Assembly (NCBI GenBank): GCA_048128005.1
Contig: JBEUKZ010000046.1
Span: 186,001 to 237,193 of the forward strand
DNA: 51,193 nucleotides
From: Veleropilina oligotropha
Lineage: Eukaryota
Direction of reading: 5' to 3'
Each line of letters starts with the position of its first letter. The first letter of the stretch is position 1. This document shows, one piece after another, positions 1 through 12,235 of this stretch. The position numbers and the translations under genes are program-made. A model generated the notes under the pieces. The model was not told where the DNA came from. It ran no database searches and saw only the letters and a program-made list of their open reading frames with translations.

Positions 1-1071
1 ATGGTGGTCGTGGCGGCCATCTTGGAGGTCAGACCACACCCAAAATATATATCGTTTTGTGCATACTTGTAATGATAGTTGCAAATATATAAAAAAAAAT
101 AACTTTAAAAAAAATTATAAATGCTTTAATGGCCGCCGAGGCACTTCCGGCTTTTCAATTTTATCTGGCATAATTGGTAAATGTCGACTACATATGTCAA
201 TAGGAGTTCACTTTATCCACTATAGGCACACATATATCCATTTTCCCTTAATTAGGTCATTTAGAGCAATGTAGGTTATCTGAGGTCAAAGGTCATGGTG
301 CCATTTGAAAGCCCAACCATGACTTCCCATAGTGACCATGCGTCTACGTTGCATCATTTTCACGATATAGCCATTTTAAAGACCCTTAAAATTTAAATCC
401 AATATGGCCGCCGGTTAAATTTAAAAATAAAAAATCCACTTCTATGACATTCTAGACTATTACCTCTGGTATCTGAATATATAAATCATGTCCCGCTAGG
501 TCAAATATTAACAAATTTATAAAAGAAAATAGTTTTCTAATGAAATTCAAGATGGCCGACAAAATATTGGGGTCACGTGATCCAAAATAGATAGGAGTTG
601 TGTCCTCGCCCCAACCAAAGCACATACCAAATTTGAAAACATTCCGTTAAGAAATGGCCTGTCTAGAGCGATCACAAAGAATCATGCTTAAAATCCAAGA
701 TTGAGGCCACAGTGGCCATCTTGGAGGTCGGACCATACCCAAATTATCTAGTTGCCATGTCCTCGCCACAACCAATGCACATACCAAATTTGAAAACATT
801 CCGTTAAGAAACGGCCTTTCTAGTGCGATCACAAGGAATTATGCTTAAAATCACAAGATGGAGGCCGTGGCGGCCATCTTGGAGGTCGAACCACACCCAA
901 ATGCTATAGGTGTGGTGTCCTCGCCCCAACCAATGCACATACCAAATTTGAAAACATTCCGTTAAGAAATGGCCTGTCTAGTGCGATCATGAGACATCTC
1001 TCGGCGTAATGGATGCTAAACCATAGTAAGCCCCCCCCCCCCCCGGTACTTTTGTTTCGGGGGATACAATA
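1..1071. mobile_element. Non-autonomous Helentron/HINE-like element with internal tandem repeats of about 158 bp (runs off the window start)
   Basis: Unit tgtcctcgcc..cataccaaatttgaaaacattccgttaagaaa recurs at 601, 758 and 916. Ends in hairpin ccccggtacttttgtttcggggg + atacaataa, the same terminus type as the 8297-8922 element. Confidence 0.6.
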
Positions 1072-2291
1072 ATCCAGTGTAATTGTTGTGAATCCTTTAA
1101 AATATTTTTTTAAATTCATGATATAAATCATAATAAATTTATGTTTTCCTACTAATACATAATTAGTGAATTCACACTCAGTTTTGACAGTTCGTATACT
1201 GAGGACCGCACTCATTCAGTGTGTACAATTTAATTTTTTAAGATACAAATGTGAAGAAATATTTAAAACACTGCTATGACATCATTCTATTGTCTTGTCC
1301 CAAGGTTCAACTAACCATTTTGATAATTAAACCACGTGAAGCTACTTTTATACACTAATATTGATCTAATTAGATTATAATCATATATTTTAAATTAGAT
1401 TTTTCAATATTTAATTCAGATATATAACTCTGTGCTTGTTGTCTATTTGGACAAGCCCGTACAGTTAAACAACTCTGTGCTACATGCATCGTGGTTTATC
1501 TGCGGGCTTCTTCGATTAGACGACCTAACCTCGTTGTATAAGTTATTATACATAAATTACATACAGCGAAAAACCAAACGACTATTACTAACACACACAC
1601 TCGGGCATGACTATACTATGACAGAAGCATGTCACATTTTATACAGCATAAATGTTTCTGATCAAGATTAAATTTTCAGGTGAAATTTTATTTATTTCAC
1701 TCAAAATTAAAGAATGTAAGTGTATTTTGAAAACAGACAAGCCATTGTAGAGAAAACATATGTGGAAGAATGAAAGGCACGTTTCGTGTGTGAAATCTGA
1801 CACTGTTTCTTGAAGCGTATAAGTCTGCTGACATGAATGGTGGCTTTGTGTGGCCACACTCTATATACTTGATATATGTATATAGGAAGTTAAATGGGCC
1901 AGCATAACAAATCACACACAAACAAAATGTTGAAATGGCGGTCTTCTCGCGTTCAAATAAATATGTTTGTTAACAACCTTGTGCCATGACAAAATCAAAG
2001 TGTTAGGGGGAAAATATTTCTTCGTTGTTTTTGAAATTTCTGTAGAAGAAATAAAGGGTAGTTCTACTAGTAGTTCCTAGCACCTGCAGAATATTGTCAT
2101 TAATTATTTTCAGTTCAGTTGTGTTGCACTCGCGGATTTAAAAGATATTAGTAAGCTGTGAAGTGTTTGGTAATTTCCAAGATTTACACTTTCATGACAT
2201 TTCTTTTCTCGCTAAAATTGAGAGGGACTGATCGAGAGTGTTCCTTTAAATTTTGCAGTTGAATTTTCCTCATAAAATGTTTTTAAATTTG

Positions 2292-2690
2292 AACAAGAAG
2301 TGACGAGCAACGCAAACGATACATACCGTAATACGCAGCACGCGAAATTCTTAACTAGTTTGAATAGGCTTCTTCTTTGTCACATGATTAAATTATTCAG
2401 GAAGTTTTATCGAAAAACAATTTATTTTGCTTAGTTATCGTGTGAAAATGAAATTTCATTGTTTTTGAACGAGAACCAGAAGACAAATCGAGCGACAAGG
2501 ATGAAAACGAATAGGCTTCTTCCTTGACACATGATTCAGCCATCGGGAAAGTTTCATTGTAAAATAATTTATATTTATAGTTATCGTGCGGAAAAAAATA
2601 TGATGCGGAAACGAAGGAGGCGGACGGACAGATGGTTGGACATCGCCATGCATAGCATAATACACCTCGTCTTTGGCGGGCATATAAAAA
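2292..2690. mobile_element. Short HINE/Helentron-like non-autonomous element
   Basis: aacaag start; two copies of gaataggcttct..ttatcgtg; ggcggacggacaga microsatellite; terminal hairpin-like cctcgtctttggcggg followed by an A-tract. Confidence 0.5.
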
Positions 2691-2817
2691 GTATAGAAGT
2701 AAAGCTTCTACACTCCAAGCAATTTACCACTATATATCATTATCTATAATATTTAGTATTACTATATATTTAAAATTTTAATAATTTATTAGTTGGGCAA
2801 AACAAGCATTTTTTTGG

Positions 2818-3250
2818 AGAGACTATTGCCCGTAAATGCGCTCTTTTTTCATTAAAAAGAAAAATAACCGCATTACACGTTTTGTTTATAACACAAAAAG
2901 TTAGGAATTTTCATCGCTCAACTTTCGTCAGTAACTTACCACAGATTAAATAAATCGCTAATGAAGATTTTAAAATAAGTAACGCGGTCCGCGTTTAATT
3001 ACCTCGCAATGAGTGACATTTCCAATTGACATAGTTGGAGCAGAGTTGCGTAGATTTCTGCTCGTCAAGTAAGATAGCTTTCTACTTGACAATAATATAT
3101 ATTGCCCAGTTTCAACAATAATTGCAATAAAAGTATATCGTTTAATCATATCTCCACGAAATGTGTATCAATCTGAGCGAACAGTACGATCGAGGGTGAT
3201 CAATCATGCTACACAGTCACGAAATGAGCACATTTACGGGCAAGTCTCTT
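2818..3250. mobile_element. MITE, Kolobok-like
   Basis: Inverted termini agac(ta)ttgcccgtaaatgcgctc / gagcacatttacgggcaagtctct; right end abuts TTAA; left end degraded. Confidence 0.5.
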
Positions 3251-3675
3251 TAATAGCTTTAGGGATGTTGTGAAATAAGTTACCGATTTTTCCAATATAC
3301 AGGTGGGTGATAGCATCAATAAGGCCTTTAGCCCTTTCATCACAGCATCCCGCTCTAGTGGGCAGAAAATGACGTCACCTTTCACCACGGCAGCCCGCTA
3401 TAGTGGGCTATGACGTTAAACAACGTTATTGTCTTATTTTTACTATATTCTGGTCACAAGAGAGTCATATTTTCAATGCAACTAATATTAATAATGATAT
3501 ATAATTCATGTTGGAAGTTACTGTTAGGTTTTTCAATGTTTTATTTAAATTGTATTCATAAAATAATTATTTATGCAAGTGGCCATCTACCAAATACCTA
3601 AATCACATAAATGACGTCATTATTTCATAAATAAGTATCTACCTCATCTCATCTGTAAAATTTTAAGTTAGCGAG

Positions 3676-3983
3676 CAGGGATGTGCCCAGGAATTTTTGA
3701 GTGCCGGGTAAAATAATTTTCAATGTCAATTTTTCGGTGCGATATGAAAATGTTTTACAAATATTATGCATCTCAAAAGCAATTTCCTGATACCTGAGTG
3801 ACATTTAGATCATATATTTTTTATGTATATTATAAAATGTACATTTAAAATGTATAAATATGCTTGTTTTATACATCAATTATTCCAATATAGTGGTGGG
3901 TGGAAATCTAAATTTTTTTGTTTGTGCCGGGATGCTGCAGTAAAGACTGCCGGGTGGGGTCACCCAGTGTGGGCACATCCCTG
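3676..3983. mobile_element. MITE with 14-bp TIRs (CAGGG-type, hAT-like)
   Basis: cagggatgtgccca ... tgggcacatccctg; flanks agcgag/agtgag resemble an imperfect 6-bp TSD. Confidence 0.65.
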
Positions 3984-4779
3984 AGTGAGTAAAACATTTC
4001 AGCTAAATATAGTTATATAGATCCCCATTATATCCCGATCATAAAAATATATAGTTTTCCATAAAGTTATTCAATGGAAACTGTTGATATCAATAAGATA
4101 TATATGAGAAATATGTCTCGAATTCAGCCAGCATATTCGGTGTGTATGAATATTGTTCTCTGGAATAATCAGTGATGAACGAGTTAACACAGAGTTATTG
4201 ATTTCAAAGCCTTAAAAACTGTAATCATTACAAAAGCCAGACAAGCACATGAATAAGTCTGTTAAAAATTCATTTATAATGAATAAATGTACATATAAAA
4301 TTGTTATCACCCTTAAAATCATTTGAATATTATCCCACTCAAAATGACATTAATCGAATACATGTATAACTATCATGATTAAACCACACCTGAACGGTAA
4401 TTCAAATTATATGTGCACAATAAAAACCTGCAGAATTTTTGCATTAGATATGCACACCCACCCAACGAGCATGAGAATTTCATCTGAAGCATGTGTATAC
4501 CGTCTATTTAAACTGGTTGGACGGTTGTGATGACTACGATATTGATAAACTGGAATTTGAGGACAATACAAACTCTCAGATCCCAGTTCTTTCATCTAAC
4601 TGCACCCCTTTCAGATGTCTAATATCCATAATAATTTGACCAGGTGCATAGATGCGGTGATTGCATGTTCGTCTGTAACCATAGTTGTTGTTTTAGCGAC
4701 ATCATAATGTCCTTAGCCCTCTATCCCACCATATGATATCACTTGCTTTGACCACCTACATGACATATAGCTAAGATTC

Positions 4780-5300
4780 CAACAGTGAGTTACTGGTCAT
4801 CAGCACTGGGTCTTGGTATACGATTGTCCTGACTCCCATGTCCCCACCGTATGATGACCATTTAGGGCTCCGCTCCCCTCTTGAGTCCAGCCCGTGTTGA
4901 TCTTCAGCTCCAAGTTCTAGCCCTCCACAGTGCGATGTCCTGAGCCCCATACCGCCTTCATGTGATGACCATCTGCAGCTCAGAGTCCAGTCAGGAGTTG
5001 CCGGTCCATGGTCCCATGTGATGACCCTTAACTTCAGCTCGGAGTTCAGCCATGTGATGCTGGACCGAGACCCCATACCTTAATCATTTACAGCTCCATT
5101 TCCAGCCGGTAGATGCTGGTCTTGGTTCTTTCCCTTACCTTGACCATCTGCAGCTCCGAGTCCAGCCGGGAGTTGCTGTTCCTGATTCTTTCCCTTACCT
5201 TAATCATCTGCAGCTACAAGTCCAACTGGTAGTTGCTGGTCCCGGTTCTTTCCCTTACCTTAACCATCTGCAGCTCCGAGTCCAACCGGGAGTTGCTGGT
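4780..5300 (-). repeat. 60-bp minisatellite derived from the NDE1 exon 3' end plus splice donor
   Basis: Lines starting 5101, 5161, 5221 align at 60-bp period (tccagccgg.agttgctggt...tcccttacct.aaccatctgcagctccgag); copies decay toward 4780. Confidence 0.85.
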
Positions 5301-5412
5301 TCTCAGGTCCCGATTCTTCCCCTCCACCTGCTCCAGCTGCGTTTCCAGTTCCTTCTCCAGCTCCCGGCTGCTGATCTGATACTCCTCCAGCTCCTCACGG
5401 TTCTCCTCCAAC
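5259..5412 (-). CDS. NDE1: NudE/NDE1/NDEL1 family protein, second coding exon (154 nt, coiled coil)
   Basis: Encodes (E)LEENREELEEYQISSRELEKELETQLEQVEGKNRDLRTSNSRLDSELQMVK, matching the NudE motif EL.EFQ.GSRE.E.ELE.QL.Q.E..NRDL...N.RL..E. Acceptor ttttcttttag|G and donor AAG|gtaagg; phase 2 matches the upstream exon. Confidence 0.92.
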
Positions 5413-6662
5413 CTAAAAGAAAACGGAACACTTAGTCAGGGAATCGGCATGTTTATGAAAAACAGATGTTTCCCTAGGTTTGAGTTGAGTCGATGTTCTA
5501 GACATGTCCCATATTTTACACCCTTCATGTAGGTTGATACCGGGACAGTCATATTCATATTATTTCACAAGTGAAAACACACAGGTCCATCACTGGCCGG
5601 CCAGTGATGGACAACTGTGATTGCTAATTGAAAAAAAAACCCTCCAAGGATTTGAACCAACTCCTGTTAGACATAGCGATCCAGTAGGTGAATTGGAAGC
5701 CAAACTCTTATCCATTATAAACGCCAAAGATGAAGACTATTGGGCAAAAGGAGAGGGCAAATTCACACAGTAAATTAGTTTATATTAGAAAACATGAATA
5801 TACGTAATATACGTTATTTCAACTATAAAGCATTAAGCATTGAAGTCTGGAAATAGAGGAATAAGTGCTGCTGTCAGTTAAAATCTTACATGTAGTATGG
5901 ACACCTGGAGACGTCCAATTCAAAGGGAAAATAATCCAGTTATGATAATCATGAATGTGAGTCAAAAACTCGCAATATGTCGCAGATACAATTAAACCAA
6001 AGATGTGGTTTGGTTGAATCGATGCTTAACATCCTGTTTTAACAACATTCAAGTGCATACGAAGACACGTGATTTGTCCATAGTAAGGAAAGCCTCAGCC
6101 TGATCGCCGTCACTGGCCAGTCATGGACAACTGTGACTGTTAACAGTTAAACTGAACAACGAGTGTCACACCGACGATTACAAATCATTCCTTTTGCGAA
6201 CAGAGTTAGCCAGAGTAGTTAAGCGAATGAATTCAGAGCCCATACTTCATCAATTGATTATTCAGATACCAGTGCGACCCAAAATTGTTTGTAAATGCAA
6301 TAGAATTACCAATCGTGCACACTTTTCTACAACAAATTTATTCGTAACTTTACACTATTACAAGAGGCCTCTCAACCCATCTAGCTCCGTTGTCAAGGGT
6401 TCATCAATATAGTCAAACAACTTGAGGAATTTGGGCAGCACGAATGGATAAAATAGGCATATACACTGACGTTTCTAAATATATAATGTTTTTAGAGGAA
6501 TGGTCTAATCAACAACTAGAAATTTGACCAGCACTTCCCCAATCTCGATGTGCAGGCTAGCTGTCTTGACAAAGTCCAAATTCCAAATTTCAGCAAAACT
6601 CAGACGTACATTTTTCTAATATTCACAGGATAAGTTAAATACATCATAATAATACTCCGGTC

Positions 6663-6960
6663 TTACATAGCGCTTTATTACGCTAGTGTCTCAATGCGCT
6701 GAACATTATTACCCCTGGTTATGGGCCTTTTCCACTCGATATGCCGTCTCAACTCCCTCTGGGAGCATTAAAGTCATTTACACACGGGTAGCGCCATGAC
6801 TTACATAACTGCCAACCAGGTACCCATTAAGATCGGCTGGGTGGACCGAGGCAAATATATGCTTATTTTCTTGCCCAAGTGAAATTGCCGGGCTTTAATT
6901 GGGGCGAACTCGAGAATCTGTGACCAGAGTCCTGTGAACAACCCACTGAGCCACGCCGGC
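6663..6960 (-). mobile_element. tRNA-derived CORE-like SINE with L2-like tail
   Basis: Minus strand: A-box tggctcagtgg, B-box-like gagttcgcccc, core-like cttgggcaag...tgcctcggtccacccagc...aatgggtacc, tail aagcgctatgtaa. Splits a HINE unit at catcata|aggaagg. Confidence 0.65.
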
Positions 6961-8296
6961 ATAAGGAAGGCTCATGCCAATTAACAAAATAAAATCTATC
7001 AGACAGTTTCGGAGTTATTCACATTTGAAGTCAAAACTTGATGCAGAAGTGGATTTTCTAAATCCCAAAATCTAAATTTCAGAAAAACTGCGACGTAGAA
7101 TTTTCTAAAAATTTCAGGATATGTTAAGAACATTATAAGAAAGGATCATGCCAAAGTAGAAAAAAGTTATCAGACAGTTTCTGAGTTATTCACATTTGAA
7201 GTCAAAACCTGTCGCAGAAGTGGATTTTCTAAGTCCAAAAATGTAAATTTCAGAAAAACCTCGAGGTAGAATTTTCTAATACTTTCAGGATATATTCAGA
7301 ACATCATATGGAAGGTTCATGCCGAAGCTGAAAAAAAGTTATTAGACAGTTTTGAAGATATTCACATTTCAAGTCAAAAGTTGATGTCGGACAAAGTGAT
7401 ATCAGTATTAAAGCTAAAAATTTATCAGACAGTTTCCGAGTTATTCAAATTTGAAGTCAAAACTTGTCGCAGAAGTGGATTTCTAAGTCCAAAAATGTAA
7501 ATTTCAGAAAAACCTCGAGGTAGAATTTTCTAATACTTTCAGGATATATTCAGAACATCATATGGAAGGTTCATGCCGAAGCTGAAAAAAAGTTATTAGA
7601 CAGTTTTGAAGATATTCACATTTCAAGTCAAAAGTTGATGTCGGACAAAGTGATATCAGTATTAAAGCTAAAAATTTATCAGACAGTTTCCGAGTTATTC
7701 AAATTTGAAGTCAAAACTTGTCGCAGAAGTGGATTTCTAAGTCCCAAAATGTGAATTTCGGAAAAACCGAGACGTAGAATTTCCTAATATTTACAAGAAA
7801 TGTTCATAACATCATAAGGAGGGATGACATGCTAAGGTAAAAAAAAAGTTGTTATTTCAAACAACCAATCTCAGCCATGTCAACAGCCAAAACAGTCCAC
7901 ATTGTTATATAACATTCCAATGATCATTTGATACACTGGAAATCTATCAGCCTCATAATCTCTTTGCATGCAAGGTAATTGCTTCCAGTCTTGTTGTGGC
8001 TCAAATAACAAAGATTTGCAGAACAATTTAGCCCTTGACATGGATCAGTACAGAATACAAAGTTAGCAGGATCAGTGTACATACATTACATGTCAAGCAA
8101 TGTTCCCTTGAGAGTCTACTGCACTCTCATTATGGTTATTATTAATGACAAGCTCATTTACCAGACACCTAGACAGTCGCGCTTATCTTATTAAGATCTG
8201 TGAAGACTGTATCAGATGGTATTGCATGAAAATCAAATGCAGCGTCGATGAAGCGAATCAATCATAATAACTTTTATTCACACCACTTTTATATAG

Positions 8297-8922
8297 CAAG
8301 ATTATATATATACGACTATAAAGCGTATTGTCAAGTTCTAGCGAATCCCGTGTCGAGGGGGCCCACGGTAGCAAAAATCAATAGGTGTCCTGTCCTCATC
8401 ATACCAAACGTGTATATCTAATTTGAATCAAATCGGATATTAGCTTTTCACTGTAGAGTGCACACAAGAAATCTCATCACGGCGGCCATCTTGAATCCGA
8501 AATCGACGAAAATCTGTAGCCGGTGTTTCCTCATCATAACTAACACGCATACCAAATTTGAATCAAATCAGATTGAAATTTTTCACTGTAGAGCGTGCAC
8601 AAGAAATCTCTACAAACAAAATGGCCACCACAGCAGCCATCTTTGATCCGAAAATCGTTAGGTGGCATGTCCTCATCATATACCAAACGTGTATATCTAA
8701 TTTGAATCAAATGGGATATTAGCTTTACACTGTCGCAGTGCACACAAGAAATATCTTCGAAGAAAATCGGTAGGCGGTGTTTCCTCATCATAACGCGCAT
8801 AAAGAATTTGAATCAAATCAGATTACAACTTTTCACTGTAGAGCGCACACAAGAAATCTCTGCGGCGGCTGAACGATGACTAAACCATACTATCCCCGAC
8901 TATGTTGTCCGGGGATACAATA
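8297..8922. mobile_element. HINE/Helentron-like element with tandem units of about 120 bp
   Basis: Repeated aatttgaatcaaatc..ttttcactgtagag..cacaagaaatctc; ends taaaccatactatccccgactatgttgtccggggatacaataa (hairpin). Confidence 0.6.
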
Positions 8923-9052
8923 ATTTATCAATCACAGCTAGTCTTCATGCAAGTAGGTTTCAACAGGCATTAATTAAAAGCATACATATATTATACTAAT
9001 AACTTGACTGAGCACTTTGTTAATTAACAAACATGTTTTAATAACTGACTCT

Positions 9053-9232
9053 GACCGCCCGCTCCGCCAGTCGTGTGGTTTCGGTTGCAGTCTCTGAAAT
9101 CACTGGCTCGATTCTGCTGACACGAACATTATTTGTTCATGCAGTTATGAAACACAGACGGGTTTCCCAGGGGCGACAGACCTTCCTCCCGCAATAATAA
9201 GGACATGTCCGGCTTTGAACCTGATGGTTCAG
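9053..9232 (+). mobile_element. Internally deleted copy of the SINE family seen at 9990-10217
   Basis: Shares aaatcactggct..ctgctgacacgaaca, ttgttca..agttatgaa and ttcctcccgc..ggacatgtcc..ttgaacct with the reverse complement of 9990-10217. Confidence 0.5.
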
Positions 9233-9565
9233 GCTGTAAAAATACAGGACATTAAGCATCAATCCATTCCAATCCAATGTTTTCAGGATATGTTCATAAC
9301 ATCATAAGGAAGGCTCAAGCCAAAGTAGAAAAAAATTTATCCGACAGTTTTAAAGATATCCACATTTGAAGTCAAAATTTGATGACGGATGCCGAACAAA
9401 GTGGTATAAGTAAAGCTTCGCTGACTATGTCACAGCGGAGCTAAAAATTTATTCGACATAAATTCAGCAAAAAACCACTTTTAATTCATGATATGAATTA
9501 TTAATTATGCAAGAATTGAACAATGAATAATGACGTGTAATGAATTATTATGCTATATAATAATA

Positions 9566-9921
9566 CTAGCTGAATTGAGCTCCCTTCGGGAGCTCTAATT
9601 CAGCGTCGTGGGGCCTGTGGCCCCAAGTGAGGGGGGGGGGGGGGTTCGCCCCTCATATTAATTGACAATTTTTTGCTTTATTTTGCGGCAACTACAAATT
9701 GCATAAAATTTGCAAATTTTTTATTTTCGCCTAACATTAAAAATTAAAATATTTTTTGGGGGGGATTTTTATTTTCTTCAAAATTGTAATTTTTTGGGCC
9801 AAGACTATCCCCTGGGTACCCTTAGTTGACATGCAAAGTTTGGTGAGGATCGGCCCAGTGGTTACGGAGGAGATAGCGGACAGACAGACAGACTCTACTC
9901 TTTTTTATATATATAGATAGA
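9566..9921 (-). mobile_element. Non-autonomous Helitron (356 bp)
   Basis: Minus strand starts A|TCTATCTATA with a (GTCT)n tract and ends with hairpin gctgaattagagctccc-gaa-gggagctcaattcagc and CTAG|T. Confidence 0.8.
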
Positions 9922-9989
9922 TAATGAAAACAGGTGCACGTGGCACCAGAAGGGTCTGAGGCGGGGGGGGGGGAGGAGGAATTATGCTT

Positions 9990-10217
9990 ATTTATAACAT
10001 CGAGGTTCAAGGCAGGACATGTCCGTGTTATCGCGGGAGGAAACCCCGGTCGCCGGGTAAACCCGCCCTCTTGACCAGTCACGGACAACTGTGCTTCATA
10101 ACTTGAACAAATGTGTGCTGCCTCAGCCGGGGGTCGATCCCACTACTGTTCGCGTCAGCGGAAACAAGCCAGTGAATTTAGAGTGGACACTCTACCCACT
10201 GCGCTACCGAAGCGGCC
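9990..10217 (-). mobile_element. tRNA-derived SINE
   Basis: Minus-strand head ggccgcttcggtagcgcagtgggtagag (A box) and gggatcgaccccc (B box); related copies at 9053 and 50970, remnants near 5590 and 6110. Confidence 0.65.
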
Positions 10218-10254
10218 GGGGTCTGAGGCAAACAAAGAGAATTGCTGATCCTGA

Positions 10255-10961
10255 AGCCCAACAACGCACACGGCAGTGTTCTTTGTTCGCTGAAACAAAA
10301 ACATTGTTCTGTATTTTTGTTCCTACCACCTGCACACGAGGCAGTGAAACCGCAGACGGTGAACATTTTTCGCTACAGAACACAACCCTCAGCGTCATAA
10401 ATCACATGACTTCAAAATGGCGCCGTCCAAGAAGAAAAAAGAAAATTTTGATTGGATGATATAAAAATGTGTTTGCTGTGCCAGTGCACAGTATGATATC
10501 TATAGACGATTTGAAGTAGAATTTATGGAGAATTGCAACACAAATGTATTCATTACCCGAGCATTTAAAAGCTTGCGCTAATTCCTGGTTTGCCAATGAA
10601 TTGCTTAGAATATTCTGGTGAGCTGATAACGTCTAGACATGGTTTTGCGACCACAAATCAATAAGTTTTTCCTCTTTTTCTGTGTCCCACGCTATTTCGC
10701 TGTCGTTGGGCGCAGCCATTTTGTTAATCATGTGATCGCTGCATGCAGGCTGATTGGCTGAATGAAGAAAACTGTTTCTGGAGATTATTTGCTTTCACCG
10801 CGCACGAACAGATGTTCGGCGAAAACAATGTTCGCAATATTAAACATGTTCGGTGAACAACTGTTTTCGTGTTTTTTACACCTGCACATGGAACGAACAA
10901 TTTAGCAAAACAGTGTTCGTCATAATGTTCGCGTGTTTTTGTCTGCCGTGTACGTTGGGCT
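10255..10961. mobile_element. PIF/Harbinger-like MITE
   Basis: TIRs agccca(aca)acgcacacggcag / ctgccgtgtacgttgggct; internal inverted motif atcacatga..caaaatggc / gccattttg..tcatgtgat. Confidence 0.6.
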
Positions 10962-12144
10962 TTATGAATGACCAGATTTCCTCAGCCCGAGTAGACAATC
11001 CAGATGCATTTGTCTGTACTAACTACTTATAAATAGGTCTGATTGCTCATGGCCTAGTCACACCACAGAGAAGATGGGCTGATAACTGGCAACATCAGAG
11101 ATAAGCATACATTCCAAGTTAGCTCACCTCGGAGCGGCCTTAGATAGCTTTATAGCAAGTAAAGTTCACACAGTGAATATCTGGTGTATGCTACATATTA
11201 ATAATTGACTGTTCAGTAGTTATTATGAGATAAGCAACAAGATTTATTCACTGGGCATTTATTGGTATGATCGTATCACATGGGCAAATTATCATCAATT
11301 ATACTTGCATCCTTTAAAATCCTCAAAATCGCGCAATATTGAGACACTCAAAATTTGCAAGCAAATACATTAAAGTGAGGTACATATCTGCAAAAAAATT
11401 ATAAATTCTATCTGTGGCATTTTTATTGATGTCATCTGGTGTTGCCTCATGTCAGCAAGCCTGTTATCGTGCGCATTGTATTTACTAAGGATATAATCAA
11501 TAGCAATGTGTTTATAAGGGATATATAGGGTTATGTGTACTGGACTGGCATGATGGCATTCCATGAAGCATCTGTTATCTCCGGCATTGAGTATTGTCAC
11601 CTGTCTACCATGACACTGTGAGGTGACACCACACGGAGGGAGGATACAGGTGTATTTGTCATGTATATTTACATCCTTGGAGTGCCCACAAGAGGTGTCT
11701 AAATGCGGACATCCCAAACTGTCCAGGTCTAACCGCACAAACGTGCGAATCTTAAGAGATTTAGTGCAACAGGGATTAACAATCCGAAACCATATGATGT
11801 GATCTATTTTTATTTATAGGGTTGCATAACTTCAAGTGCAGTTAAAAATGAGGTTTTAATGTAAACCTAATATTAGTATAAAACATACTTACGTCCTTAC
11901 TCTTGCCATAATAGCATATTATCGCCCAAACCGGAAATGGTGAATATGTCCCATAATGCACCGTTATAAGCCAAAAAAGCACACGGTTACCTCCCCTGCT
12001 CCTGCCCCCCACGTTCCCTAGCGAGACTTCGCCAAGTCTCGTGAGACTTCTGAACAATAGAAGTCACATGACATCAATTCAAAGTTCAAAAACCCAAAGG
12101 AACGTAGTAGAGGGGAGGAATGCGAACGCAGGGTGGGTAATCGT

Positions 12145-12235
12145 GTAAGGACGTAAGTATGTTTTATACTAATATTAGGTTTACATTAAAACCTCATATA
12201 TAGTTACAAACATACTTACGTCCTTACTCTTGCCA
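12145..12235. repeat. DIRS internal complementary region (ICR), copy A; equivalents at 13239-13329 and 29144-29234
   Basis: Reverse complement of both element ends joined end to end (junction gtttgtaactatatatgaggttttaatg). Confidence 0.92.

Larger units (their letters stand above)
6512..9446. mobile_element. HINE/Helentron-like element with tandem units (about 254-bp higher-order duplication), interrupted by other insertions
   Basis: Units cagacagttt..gagttattcacatttgaagtcaaaac across 6540-7850, near-identical 254-bp period (7255/7509, 7386/7640). Resumes at 9280 and ends in hairpin aaagcttcgctgactatgtcacagcggagctaaaaa. Confidence 0.55.

Noticed and set aside
1..4780. Further downstream NDE1 exons
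   Set aside because: I found no match to the expected RELEQ.NDDLE segment; these exons probably lie before position 1.
5214..5411. Stand-alone 65-aa ORF
   Set aside because: It is an internal NDE1 exon read through its donor; TTG is not a start.
6540..7850. CRISPR-like or coding tandem array
   Set aside because: Eukaryotic context; whole units repeat with no unique spacers and no ORF.
10170..10217. tRNA gene
   Set aside because: A and B boxes are too widely spaced, no cloverleaf, and it continues into a repeated SINE body.
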